From IMG/VR virus record IMGVR_UViG_3300034069_000992, positions 1 through 62,861 of that record: a stretch of DNA of 62,861 bases. One strand, written 5' to 3'. Position 1 is the stretch's first letter, and each line of letters begins with the position of its first letter. The notes beneath the pieces are model-generated. The model was not told the DNA's origin. It made no database searches and was given only the letters and a program-made list of their open reading frames with translations. Below are positions 1-8,089 of the stretch, one piece after another. A program made the position numbers and the translations under genes. Source of the stretch: a virus.

Positions 1-141
1 CGCGGCCTTCATGCGAAGCGCTCGAGCGGTAGCTGGGCGGTAGAACAGTTTGGAGCGCCCGATGTTCTTGCGCTTACGGCCGGTGGTCCGGTCGCCCCAA
101 TTGACCTTCTCGTTGATCTCCGGATGTATCCGAAGCATCTC
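1..141. repeat. Terminal direct repeat, left copy (assembly overlap of a circular or circularly permuted genome)
   Basis: Bases 1-141 (cgcggccttcatgcgaagcg...ccgaagcatctc) recur exactly at 62721-62861. Confidence 0.95.
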
Positions 142-543
142 ATCGCCGCGCTCGTCGATGTAATCGTTGAGCGAGTCTTCGTCCTGCACGAACCAGATGA
201 CGTTGGTGGCCGGGCCGAACGTCCACCGCTTCAGCGCGAAGTTCTCCGCCGCGACCGTCTTGCCCGAGCGGGTGTTGCCCTTCACCAGCACCAGCCGCAC
301 CAGCGGGTGATCCAGCGCATCCATGATGCCGTCGCTGTACGGTGTCTTGAGCGGATCGTACCTGAAGGGCTCGCCGCCCTGGTTGACCATCATGCGCTTG
401 GTTCGCGCGTATTCCTTCGTCGTGATCGCTTGAACCGGCAGCGCCATGTCCAGGCGCGCGGCAAATGCGTCAGGTGCGCTTCCGTCGTACTCGTGATTTC
501 CGAGCGCGATCAGGCGTTGTTCTAGGCGTTCCGGAGACAGCAT
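1..543 (-). CDS. terL: Terminase large subunit, N-terminal (ATPase) part; continues across the contig junction into 61089..62861
   Basis: Hand translation of the minus strand from ATG 543: MLSPERLEQRL...LVLVKGNTRSGKTVAAENF (Walker A)...DERGDEMLRIHPEINEK, in frame with ORF 61089..62858. Alternative start ATG 447. Not in the ORF track because it is cut by the contig end. Confidence 0.85.
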   Translation of the reverse strand, partial: MLSPERLEQRLIALGNHEYDGSAPDAFAARLDMALPVQAITTKEYARTKRMMVNQGGEPFRYDPLKTPYSDGIMDALDHPLVRLVLVKGNTRSGKTVAAENFALKRWTFGPATNVIWFVQDEDSLNDYIDERGDEMLRIHPEINEKVNWGDRTTGRKRKNIGRSKLFYRPATARALRMKAA

Positions 544-1141
544 CGGCGTTCAGCAATAGCCGGAGCGTCTTGTGAAAGCCAAGTAGCGCCTCCGCGCCGC
601 CGGTATCGATGATCGTGCGAAGCTTCGGGTCGAGCAGACCGTTCGGATCGACACGGTTGGAAAGCGACGCCATGAACTCCGACAGCGCGCTGAACACTTC
701 GCCGGCAGTCCGCGCCACTTCCGCCGCCGGAATGTACGCCCGCTGCTCCCGCTCCCGCTCTTCAACCTCTGCCGCCAGCCGGTTGAGGATCTGAAGTTCG
801 CGGGCTGGCAGATGCGCCGACGTCGCTTCCTCGTGACGATCACGCGTCAGGGTTCCGAGGATGGCATCGCGGCGGCGCGAGATGTCGACCGCGGCGGCGT
901 CGTTGCGCGTCTCGAAGTCGAGCATGGCCTTCAGCGCGGCGCGGGCGGGGTAGATGTGTTGCGTGCCCTGAAGAATGGGCTGCGGCATGCCGGGCATCTG
1001 CTTTTTGGCCGTGACGAACGGACCCTTCGTCGTGCCGTAAACGAAGGCGAGATCCTCCAGCGACAGCATATCGTTCGGCTTCGCGCGTTTCAGCGCCGCC
1101 GCTATGTCCGATCGCCGGTTTGGATTCGCCTTCGCTCCCAC
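470..1141 (-). CDS. terS: Terminase small subunit, Nu1-like (N-terminal wHTH)
   Basis: GTG 1141 lies 1 nt after the upstream stop, preceded by GGAAGG. LSLEDLAFVYGTTKGPFVTAKKQMPGMP...IYPARAALKAMLDFE resembles the lambda Nu1 N-domain. Sits immediately upstream of and overlaps TerL. Confidence 0.6.
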   Translation of the reverse strand: MGAKANPNRRSDIAAALKRAKPNDMLSLEDLAFVYGTTKGPFVTAKKQMPGMPQPILQGTQHIYPARAALKAMLDFETRNDAAAVDISRRRDAILGTLTRDRHEEATSAHLPARELQILNRLAAEVEEREREQRAYIPAAEVARTAGEVFSALSEFMASLSNRVDPNGLLDPKLRTIIDTGGAEALLGFHKTLRLLLNADAVSGTPRTTPDRARKSRVRRKRT

Positions 1142-1142
1142 G

Positions 1143-1667
1143 TCAGCCTTCCATCTCGGACGCAAGCCGAGCAAGACGCTGCAAGCGCTCGACCTCCAGA
1201 GCCAGCTTGAACGCCTTTGGGTCTGCCGCCTCTGCAACCCACTTCACCAACTGGCGCTCATCGGTGACGCATCGGCGGGCAGCGTGAAGCAGCGGCAGAA
1301 CCGTCGTCGCTGGCAGATCGTCGAACTCGCGCATAACGGCCGCGATGTACTCCTGCTTTGAGTCCGGCGACATGCGTTGGCCGATCAGCGCTACGATCGA
1401 GGTGACGACGGCAAACAGTTCCTCTGTTGATGCCGGCTCGCTCTCGTGCAGAGCGCCATCGAGTGCGAGCCTGATGTCCGAAGCGTATTGCAGAAGATGC
1501 TGATCCTTCAGCCTCTCGTCATCCGCGCCGTTTTCGATCAGCGAGATATAGTGCGAGCGCGTCACGACCAGCCTGTTCCGCCGGGCCATACCGTCTTCCG
1601 GTGACAGGGTTGTGAGTTTCGCGGGTGTCGGGTCCATAAGTTTTTGCCTTTTCGAGAGTCCGCGCAA
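1143..1667 (-). CDS. Hypothetical protein (start uncertain; 1637 or 1589 possible)
   Basis: 174-aa ORF in the minus-strand operon; overlaps the end of the initiator gene if the longest start is used. Confidence 0.5.
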   Translation of the reverse strand: MRGLSKRQKLMDPTPAKLTTLSPEDGMARRNRLVVTRSHYISLIENGADDERLKDQHLLQYASDIRLALDGALHESEPASTEELFAVVTSIVALIGQRMSPDSKQEYIAAVMREFDDLPATTVLPLLHAARRCVTDERQLVKWVAEAADPKAFKLALEVERLQRLARLASEMEG

Positions 1668-2616
1668 ATACCTTCACGCGCAGGATATAGTCGATGTCGA
1701 GTGAGAACGGGACTGGATACCGGTCCGTTGGCGACCCCTCGCCTCGCAACCACGGGTCTCCGCGGATCGCTTCAAACATCGCGTCCCAGACAGCGTAGGC
1801 ATCTAGCGTCCCGCCGGAATCGCGAACGATCTCCGCCGCACGCCGCGCGATTCCTTTCTGCCTCGAGTCGTTCCAGGCTTGCACCGCATGCGTGCGAGGA
1901 AAATCCTCAACCAGTCGCGCCCAACCTTGCTTCACATAATCGATGATTGTGCCGCGTTGGTCGACGGTTACGAGTGCTGTCGAAGAAGAGATCGGATCTC
2001 CAAGCAGATCCGTGGGGGTGGCCTCTCCCGTAAGGGAGAGGGGGGAATCTTCTAACTTCAGAGGTTCAGGATTCAGAAGTTCTATGGCTCGCTCACCAGT
2101 GGTCGAGCGCGCTCGCTCACCGGTGGTCGAGCGCGCTCGCTCATATTGAGCGAGCGGTTCATCCCCTTCGCCGTCATCCTGATCGTCTTCGGCGAAGGCA
2201 TATGTCACCGACGATGACGGCATTTCAAAGGTGGCGCGCACGTTGAGCGTGTACGTGCAACCAGCAACGCCGCCGCTCTTCTTCATGCGAGGCCGCCGGA
2301 GCAGAAAGCCCTTTTCCTCCAGTTCGTTGATGTGCCGCTTCAGCGTGGAAATCGGCATGTCACACGCGTCGGCAAGCGTGGCTTGCTTCGGCCACACGTC
2401 GAAGTCGCCGCGCTTGTTGTTGACCATATGGGCCATCACCATGAGCACTTTCCATGCTGTCGGTGTCAGCCCTCGGGCATGCAGCGCCCATGAAGTTGCT
2501 GCTATGTGACGAGAGATCATTTGCCGACGATCCAATGGATCGAAACGACCACGCTGCATATTATCAGCGCAGCGATCAGGATCTTCTCGATTATCGTAAT
2601 ACGGACTGGAGCCCAT
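1519..2616 (-). CDS. Replication initiator-like winged-helix DNA-binding protein
   Basis: N-terminal wHTH-like segment (WPKQATLADACDMPISTLKRHINELEEKGFLLRR). Directly downstream of DnaB. Contains a tandem DNA repeat encoding ERARSTTG x2. Confidence 0.6.
   Translation of the reverse strand: MGSSPYYDNREDPDRCADNMQRGRFDPLDRRQMISRHIAATSWALHARGLTPTAWKVLMVMAHMVNNKRGDFDVWPKQATLADACDMPISTLKRHINELEEKGFLLRRPRMKKSGGVAGCTYTLNVRATFEMPSSSVTYAFAEDDQDDGEGDEPLAQYERARSTTGERARSTTGERAIELLNPEPLKLEDSPLSLTGEATPTDLLGDPISSSTALVTVDQRGTIIDYVKQGWARLVEDFPRTHAVQAWNDSRQKGIARRAAEIVRDSGGTLDAYAVWDAMFEAIRGDPWLRGEGSPTDRYPVPFSLDIDYILRVKVFARTLEKAKTYGPDTRETHNPVTGRRYGPAEQAGRDALALYLADRKRRG
2087..2155. repeat. Tandem 24-bp repeat (2.4 copies) ending in a palindrome; candidate origin iterons
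   Basis: gctcgctcacc(a/g)gtggtcgagcgc at 2087-2110 and 2111-2134, then gctcgctca-tat-tgagcgagc (2135-2155). Flanked by perfect IR CCTCTCCC-GTAA-GGGAGAGG (2022-2041) and a relatively AT-rich stretch at 2045-2085. Confidence 0.7.
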
Positions 2617-2747
2617 TCATATTCGTCATCGTCGCGCATATCGTTCCCTCTCTGTTGCGGGAGCGACTCGCGTCGTCTATATCGACGGCGAGCGTGCCTG
2701 CTCCCATGTTGCGGCCGTCCGGTGTCAGAAGCCGGGCGGCCGTTCTG

Positions 2748-4217
2748 CTATACGAGCAGCGGATCATCGTTGCCAATAGACAGCACCTCGCGCTGTCGCA
2801 CCGAATAGAACTCCCCGTGGAATGATACCGTCGCCGTCATGGTACGGCCGTGGCGGTTCTTGGCGCCGATCAGATCGGCTTTCCCCCGCGCGGCCATCAT
2901 CTCGACCTCCCACGCCTCGTGAAGATCCTGTTTCTTTTCGTTGGTCTCCCCCTTCCTCGGCTCAGTCTGCTCTAGGTAATATTCCTCGCGGTAGATGAAC
3001 GTGACGGTGTCGGCGTCCTGCTCGAGATTGCCGGACTCCTTCAGATCCGAAAGCATCGGCCGCTTGTTCTGCCGGCCCTCAACGCCTCGCGACAACTGGT
3101 TGAGCGCAATCACGGCGATGTCGAGCGCGTGCGCCATCGCGTTGAGGAAGGCGGAGATGAAGTTCACCCGCTTACGATCGTCGTCGATCAGCTTGCCGTC
3201 GATATCAGCGGCGTAGAGCGCCACCGAGTCGACGACACAAAACGCGAGATCCTTCCCCTCTGCCTTGAGCAGCGCCTTCTTGCGCGCGCACTCACTCCAG
3301 ACGCGACGAATGTTGCCGCCGCGCAGATCTACGAAGTCGAGCGGGATGAGATCGCAGCGGTCGGCGATCTTCTCCAGCGCCATGCGCTCGCCCGGCGTCA
3401 CCTTGCCTCGCCGCAGATCGTCGTGCTTGATCCGATAGCCGAGCGCGAAACCGATATCGGTGGCAGCGCGCATGGCAAGCTGCTCCTCCGTCATCTCCGC
3501 CGACAGGTAGATGCCCGGATTGCCGTTGATCGCGTAGCCGTGCGCCGCCGACAGCGCGAGCGTCGTCTTGCCCATACCCGGTCGACCGGCAATCAGGTGG
3601 AAGCCGGGCTCGAGCGGACCCAGGATGACGTCGAGATCCGGAACCAGGTGGTTCGTCATCCCGATCGCTTCACCTTCGTCCTGGATGCGTCGGACGCGGT
3701 CGCCAGCAAGCCGCACCATGTTCCCGAGGGTTCGGACCGGCTTTGCCGTCGACCGCGTGCTGGCGGCCCAGCCAGCCGCCTCAACGCGCCCCGTGATCTC
3801 CATGATCGGCGTGTCGAAATTCGACGTCAGCATTTCGTCGGCCAACTGCACGGCGGCGCGCGCAACACGGCGATCGGAGAGCTCAATTATCTGCGCGGCG
3901 AAATCGGCGGCACCAACCACCGCCGCGGGCGAATCCACAAGCCGAGCGAGATAGTCGCCGTGCATTGCGGCTTCATCCTTGGCGAAGATCGGGCGCAGTG
4001 AGATCGCACTGGCTCGCGCTCCCTTGGCGCTGAAGCGCAGCAACGCGCTGTAGATCCGACCGTGCAAGGGTTCGGCGAAATCGTCGACCCGCAGGCGATC
4101 CGCCCAAGCGGTGATGATGGAATTGTCGATGAGCATGCCGCCGAGCAAGGCAGCTTCAGCATCGATGTTCGTCAGCAGATCAGGTGCGGTGGCTTCGTCC
4201 TGTTCGTAATAACTCAC
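2748..4217 (-). CDS. dnaB: Replicative DNA helicase DnaB
   Basis: 489 aa; DnaB N-domain followed by RecA-like domain with Walker A GRPGMGKTTLALS; GTG start overlaps the upstream stop (GTGA). Confidence 0.92.
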   Translation of the reverse strand: MSYYEQDEATAPDLLTNIDAEAALLGGMLIDNSIITAWADRLRVDDFAEPLHGRIYSALLRFSAKGARASAISLRPIFAKDEAAMHGDYLARLVDSPAAVVGAADFAAQIIELSDRRVARAAVQLADEMLTSNFDTPIMEITGRVEAAGWAASTRSTAKPVRTLGNMVRLAGDRVRRIQDEGEAIGMTNHLVPDLDVILGPLEPGFHLIAGRPGMGKTTLALSAAHGYAINGNPGIYLSAEMTEEQLAMRAATDIGFALGYRIKHDDLRRGKVTPGERMALEKIADRCDLIPLDFVDLRGGNIRRVWSECARKKALLKAEGKDLAFCVVDSVALYAADIDGKLIDDDRKRVNFISAFLNAMAHALDIAVIALNQLSRGVEGRQNKRPMLSDLKESGNLEQDADTVTFIYREEYYLEQTEPRKGETNEKKQDLHEAWEVEMMAARGKADLIGAKNRHGRTMTATVSFHGEFYSVRQREVLSIGNDDPLLV

Positions 4218-4837
4218 GCTGTGGCGCCTCCGTTGAACTTTGCCTGCTCATTGCCCCACGTCGACCATCCTGCACGCTCTTCGCGGCTGAAGATCTCGGC
4301 ATACGGACCTTCGCAATATCGCTGCACGCGCGCGAACGCCTCGTCAGGCTTGCGACTGTGCTCCCGCACCGGCGCCAGAATGATCTCGTGCACGTCCTTC
4401 GCCATCCGCCGCGCATTGCCACGGCGGCCGAGCAGGACATATTCCGCGTTCTTCCGCGTGGTGTGCCCCAGCCCCATGAACAGATCCGCTTGGATCAGCG
4501 GCAGCATCCGCATCGGTTGCGTCGCGAACGCGCGGCGCATCTTCACCCACACGAACCCCATGCCGGAATATTTGAAGCCCCACCGGTCCATCGTCTCCAG
4601 CGCTTGCGGGAGATGTGGGCCGGTCGACCACAGGAAGAGGTGGCAGTCGCGCGCGGCGATATCGAGCATCGGCATCGCGCAGATCTCTTCCCTCGTCATG
4701 GTCTGGTAATGCTTCGTCACCCCGCGATCGCTGGCAAAGTTCTGCGGGCGGGGCGGCGCGTAGCCTTTGAACGCCCATGGTGGATCGGCCATGATCGCCT
4801 TGAAGCCGCCGGGTGGCACGGACAGCGCATCGAACAT
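4214..4837 (-). CDS. MT-A70 family DNA N6-adenine methyltransferase
   Basis: IMADPPWAF catalytic DPPW motif; start ATG 4837 overlaps the GcrA-like stop (TGATG); longer start at 4879 possible. Confidence 0.85.
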   Translation of the reverse strand: MFDALSVPPGGFKAIMADPPWAFKGYAPPRPQNFASDRGVTKHYQTMTREEICAMPMLDIAARDCHLFLWSTGPHLPQALETMDRWGFKYSGMGFVWVKMRRAFATQPMRMLPLIQADLFMGLGHTTRKNAEYVLLGRRGNARRMAKDVHEIILAPVREHSRKPDEAFARVQRYCEGPYAEIFSREERAGWSTWGNEQAKFNGGATA

Positions 4838-5145
4838 CAAACGGCCTGCCAGCCAACGCGGGCAACTAAACCGTCCCACATCTTCATCGCCTGTATGTAG
4901 GCGAGCCCGACCTCTCGCGAAGCTTCGAGAATGTTGCGGTCCTGATCTGCTACCAAGTCGATCAGACGCTCGAATTTAGCCTCGTTTGTCTCCACCGGAT
5001 TAACGCGGCGATCAAGACTTAGCCTGTGCGCCTTGCCCATAACCATGTTGCGGGTGATGCCCATGATCTTGCCGATGTCGGAAGCTGTCATGCCCTTATC
5101 CCAGAGTTCGGTCAGCTTTGTGATCTTGTCGTCTGTCCAAACCAT
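4837..5145 (-). CDS. gcrA: GcrA-like cell-cycle regulator, N-terminal DNA-binding domain only
   Basis: MVWTDDKITKLTELWDKGMTASDIGKIMGITRNMVMGKAHRLSL matches the GcrA N-domain signature (WTD..LW..G.SAS.I...G.TRN.V.GK.HRL.L). This is the real gene inside the 364-aa track ORF 4837..5931. Confidence 0.8.
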   Translation of the reverse strand: MVWTDDKITKLTELWDKGMTASDIGKIMGITRNMVMGKAHRLSLDRRVNPVETNEAKFERLIDLVADQDRNILEASREVGLAYIQAMKMWDGLVARVGWQAV

Positions 5146-5723
5146 TATCGACTTCCTCCAAATAAGATCTGATCGCGCCACGGGCGGTGATAGTCGGGCA
5201 GAAGTGACAGCCCGAAATCGAGGATGCCCGCCGCCTCGGCCGCGTCGTGAATGTCTGTGTGCCAGCCGTATGACTCGCAGCGCTGCATCGCGAGTTCCTT
5301 TGGATCTTCGCCGGGCAGATACGGCTTGCCCTTCTTCGTCTTGTCTCGCTTGAAGCCGCTGCCGCGACCGATGAAGTGCTTGCGCCAGGTCGAGATGTCG
5401 ACGCAGTAGCAATGCGCCTTTACCTGGAACGCGAACTTCTCGACGATCGCACCAAGCCCGATCAGGCGGTATGCGTTCTGCGGGTTCATGTTCTCCGCGA
5501 TGTGCTGCGCCTCGAAGAAGAAGTGGCTGATCCCTCCCTGCGATCGCATCTCGAGGTATTTTTCCCGCAACCACATCTCGAGCGCGGCGCACGGCTCTCC
5601 GATCGCGTTCGCGGCGCCGGGCAGCGTGAAGGCGTCCAGGAACGGGCGCTGCATCCCTGGTCGGTGCAGCGCCCATCCTGTCGTCGTCGCGAGATCCAGT
5701 GCGAGGACGGCAGCTTGCTTCAT
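5145..5723 (-). CDS. RuvC-like Holliday junction resolvase
   Basis: VLALDLATTTGWA N-terminal catalytic Asp motif and C-terminal DIHDAAEAAGI, typical of the RuvC fold; stop overlaps the next start (TAATG). Confidence 0.7.
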   Translation of the reverse strand: MKQAAVLALDLATTTGWALHRPGMQRPFLDAFTLPGAANAIGEPCAALEMWLREKYLEMRSQGGISHFFFEAQHIAENMNPQNAYRLIGLGAIVEKFAFQVKAHCYCVDISTWRKHFIGRGSGFKRDKTKKGKPYLPGEDPKELAMQRCESYGWHTDIHDAAEAAGILDFGLSLLPDYHRPWRDQILFGGSR

Positions 5724-6319
5724 TCCGGATTGAGATCCGAATTGTCGCCCGTGTACGGCTCTTGCGTCGCCGCGTCGGGCTGTGCACCCTTCGCATGCGC
5801 TTCCTTGATCCGCTTACGCTTCTCCGCCGGCGACTCGGCCTTGGGCGCTGCCGCGTCGAACTCAGCATCGCGCCGCTTACGCTCTTCAGCGGGATCGACC
5901 TCCGGCTCATCCGACTTCGGGGTTTCGACATCCGCTACCAGCTTGTCGATTTCCTCATCGTTCTGCGGTTGCTCGCGACGGCCAAAATCGGGCTTGATGA
6001 TGTTGCCCGGCTCAGCGCCCTCCGCCCGATCGACGAGATCGCCGATGGACCACTCGGCCGCATCGATCAGACCCGTCAGTGAGCGCCAGATGTCCTGCTG
6101 CTCATCGCTCTCTAGGCCATCCAGTGCGAGGAAGATCCGCGCTGCCTTCTTGTTGACCTTGAAGCCAACGACGGTGTCGTAGATGCCGCCGATCTCGCCG
6201 TTGATGCCGGCGATGCGTTCCTTCTTCGGCTTGATTCCCCGAAGACGCTGGATTGCGCCCCGGTAGTTGGGCGGTTTCATGTCGTTTTGGACACGATCCG
6301 CAGTCGCACGATCTGCCAT
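5720..6319 (-). CDS. Hypothetical acidic protein
   Basis: Start ATG 6319 preceded by GGAGAA; stop overlaps the RuvC start (ATGA). The longer track ORF (to 6445) would overlap the Cro-like gene. Confidence 0.6.
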   Translation of the reverse strand: MADRATADRVQNDMKPPNYRGAIQRLRGIKPKKERIAGINGEIGGIYDTVVGFKVNKKAARIFLALDGLESDEQQDIWRSLTGLIDAAEWSIGDLVDRAEGAEPGNIIKPDFGRREQPQNDEEIDKLVADVETPKSDEPEVDPAEERKRRDAEFDAAAPKAESPAEKRKRIKEAHAKGAQPDAATQEPYTGDNSDLNPE

Positions 6320-6371
6320 GATGTTCTCCTGGCGTGGTGACACCGGCAAATGCTGCCGGCGACGCGGCTCT

Positions 6372-6599
6372 TCAGCCGGCGTTCGGTAAATCGAGATCGG
6401 GAAAGCCTGGCATCTCGTGCCCCAGAACCTTCCCCAGCAGCGCAAGCGGCCGTCGATAATGTTTTGGGACGCCCCGGCACCGCCATTGGCGCACGCCTTC
6501 AGGGCTCAAGTCGAAATGCGTGCGCACGACGTCCGCGCCTATGCGCTGGATCGCCGCCGAGTCGTGTTGCTTGGTGTCCATGTCGACCTGCATAGCCAT
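6372..6599 (-). CDS. Cro/YdaS-like HTH transcriptional regulator
   Basis: AAIQRIGADVVRTHFDLSPEGVRQWRCRGVPKHY resembles YdaS/Cro-type HTH. First gene of the minus-strand operon, facing a divergent intergenic region. Confidence 0.5.
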   Translation of the reverse strand: MAMQVDMDTKQHDSAAIQRIGADVVRTHFDLSPEGVRQWRCRGVPKHYRRPLALLGKVLGHEMPGFPDLDLPNAG

Positions 6600-6848
6600 G
6601 CCCTTTGCGCGTGACAACCAACACAATTCGCCTTGCCAGCCCTTAAAAATAAGGCGATACGGGATCGTCATCGAGTCGGAGGCCACCAGCGATGCGCTTG
6701 AAGAAACTACTCTGTCGCATCCCGGACCGGGTGCTCATCGCTGTCTGCGGTTTGGCAGGCGCACTCATGTTTGGGTGCGGCGCTCGGCTGATCCGACAGT
6801 TGATCCTTTATTGGTCCTAACCCCTCAAAAACGACTGGAGAAATTAAC
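6600..6848. promoter_or_regulatory. Divergent early control region between the Cro-like gene and the plus-strand early operon
   Basis: 249-bp non-coding gap between divergent genes. Contains IR CGCCTT-N16-AAGGCG around an AT-rich TTAAAAAT. Promoters not confidently placed. Confidence 0.4.
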
Positions 6849-7439
6849 ATGGGAGCGACGCGCCCGTACCTGCTCATCTACAAGGGCAAGAAGCATATCA
6901 TCGAGGCGGCGAACGCCGCGCTCGCCGTGCACCACGTCGTCGGCGCTGACATCAGCGAATTGCGTCCGGCGCGTGCCGCCGAGGTGACGCAGTGGATGCG
7001 CGAAAAAAACGAAATTCCGGTCGCGGACGGCAAGCGCGTGGATGTTGCGGGTGTCGTGGAGAGCACGCCAGGCGTGGAGGCGAAACCCGATCCAGCTAAC
7101 GATCTGATCGTCGCTAAGAACGGCAGCGACGCCGATCGTGCGCTGCTGTGGTTTGAGATGGCTGCTGGCTTCGATCGTACTGACGAGGCGAACACAACAT
7201 CGGCGGCGGAGACAGTCGGAGTTTTCGCGCGCATGCATCCGCGTGGTGTGCTCGATCTCATGACTTTTGATGTGCTGCGCCAGCGCGTGCCGGCTTTCGG
7301 CGAATTGTTGGTCGCTGGCACGGTGTCGAACACCGTTGACGCTCTGCGCGCTCGCTTGGAAGAGCAGCCGATGACGTTCGACGCAGTTGTGAAGGCGATG
7401 ACCGCTGGCATCGAATTGGAGCAGACGGTCGCCGGATGA
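6849..7439 (+). CDS. Hypothetical protein
   Basis: 196-aa ORF, GGAGAA SD 7 nt upstream of the ATG. Confidence 0.65.
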   Translation: MGATRPYLLIYKGKKHIIEAANAALAVHHVVGADISELRPARAAEVTQWMREKNEIPVADGKRVDVAGVVESTPGVEAKPDPANDLIVAKNGSDADRALLWFEMAAGFDRTDEANTTSAAETVGVFARMHPRGVLDLMTFDVLRQRVPAFGELLVAGTVSNTVDALRARLEEQPMTFDAVVKAMTAGIELEQTVAG

Positions 7440-7837
7440 TCGACGAGCCGTTCCTTCGTGAGCAGGGCGGTGCTGACGCGCTGGTTGAGGGTTACTACCT
7501 CATCCAGCGCCGACGCGCTCGCCGCGTGGACGTGCCGGTGCGGATCTGGTTCGGGGCTCCGATCGATCCCGACACCGGTGACGAGATGGATCGGTCGCAT
7601 CGGTGGCAGATTGAGATCGCCGGCGTGCTCTTCGATCAGCCGCTCACCTTTGGTGGCATAACGATTTCAGCGGTGACGGAATTTTGGCCCGCCATTGTAC
7701 GCGAGCAGATTGACGAAGCGGATTACCGCTTCCGCATCGCGCGCGCGGAGTGGGCGCAGGAGTTCGATCCGGAAGATGCGCTGGGCTCGCCCGGCGGAAA
7801 GATCAACGCAATGACGGCTCGCTTACCGGGCCTGTAG
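7436..7837 (+). CDS. Hypothetical protein
   Basis: 133-aa ORF, ATGA overlap with the upstream gene. Confidence 0.6.
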   Translation: MIDEPFLREQGGADALVEGYYLIQRRRARRVDVPVRIWFGAPIDPDTGDEMDRSHRWQIEIAGVLFDQPLTFGGITISAVTEFWPAIVREQIDEADYRFRIARAEWAQEFDPEDALGSPGGKINAMTARLPGL

Positions 7838-7846
7838 GAGACGGGA

Positions 7847-8089
7847 ATGTCGATGAATACGTGTTGGACGGAGCCGACAACGCCGGCGCAGAAGGTGGCT
7901 ATCGAGATGCTCCAGCATGAGCAGCGCATGCTCATGGCGCTCGGCATGTTAATCAACCCGGGCCAGGTGAGCGACATGGATAGCCGGCGGATCAGGAAGA
8001 CGCTGAAGCTGGCGCGGGATCTTCAGCAAGTACGCTGCGCGGCTCTGCGCGCGATCATCATCGAGGAAGAGCAGGCAAAGACCCGATGA
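7847..8089 (+). CDS. Hypothetical protein
   Basis: 80-aa ORF, GGAGACGGGA upstream. Confidence 0.55.
   Translation: MSMNTCWTEPTTPAQKVAIEMLQHEQRMLMALGMLINPGQVSDMDSRRIRKTLKLARDLQQVRCAALRAIIIEEEQAKTR

Noticed and set aside
124-525. 133-aa plus-strand ORF at the contig start
   Set aside because: It is antisense to the in-frame N-terminal part of TerL, which has a Walker A motif and continues from the contig end. Arg/His-rich composition is typical of wrong-frame ORFs in high-GC DNA.
5146-5931. N-terminal 260 residues of the 364-aa track ORF 4837..5931
   Set aside because: Extremely Arg/Ser/Pro-rich and out of frame with the well-supported RuvC-like gene on the same strand. Only the last 102 codons (GcrA-like) look real.
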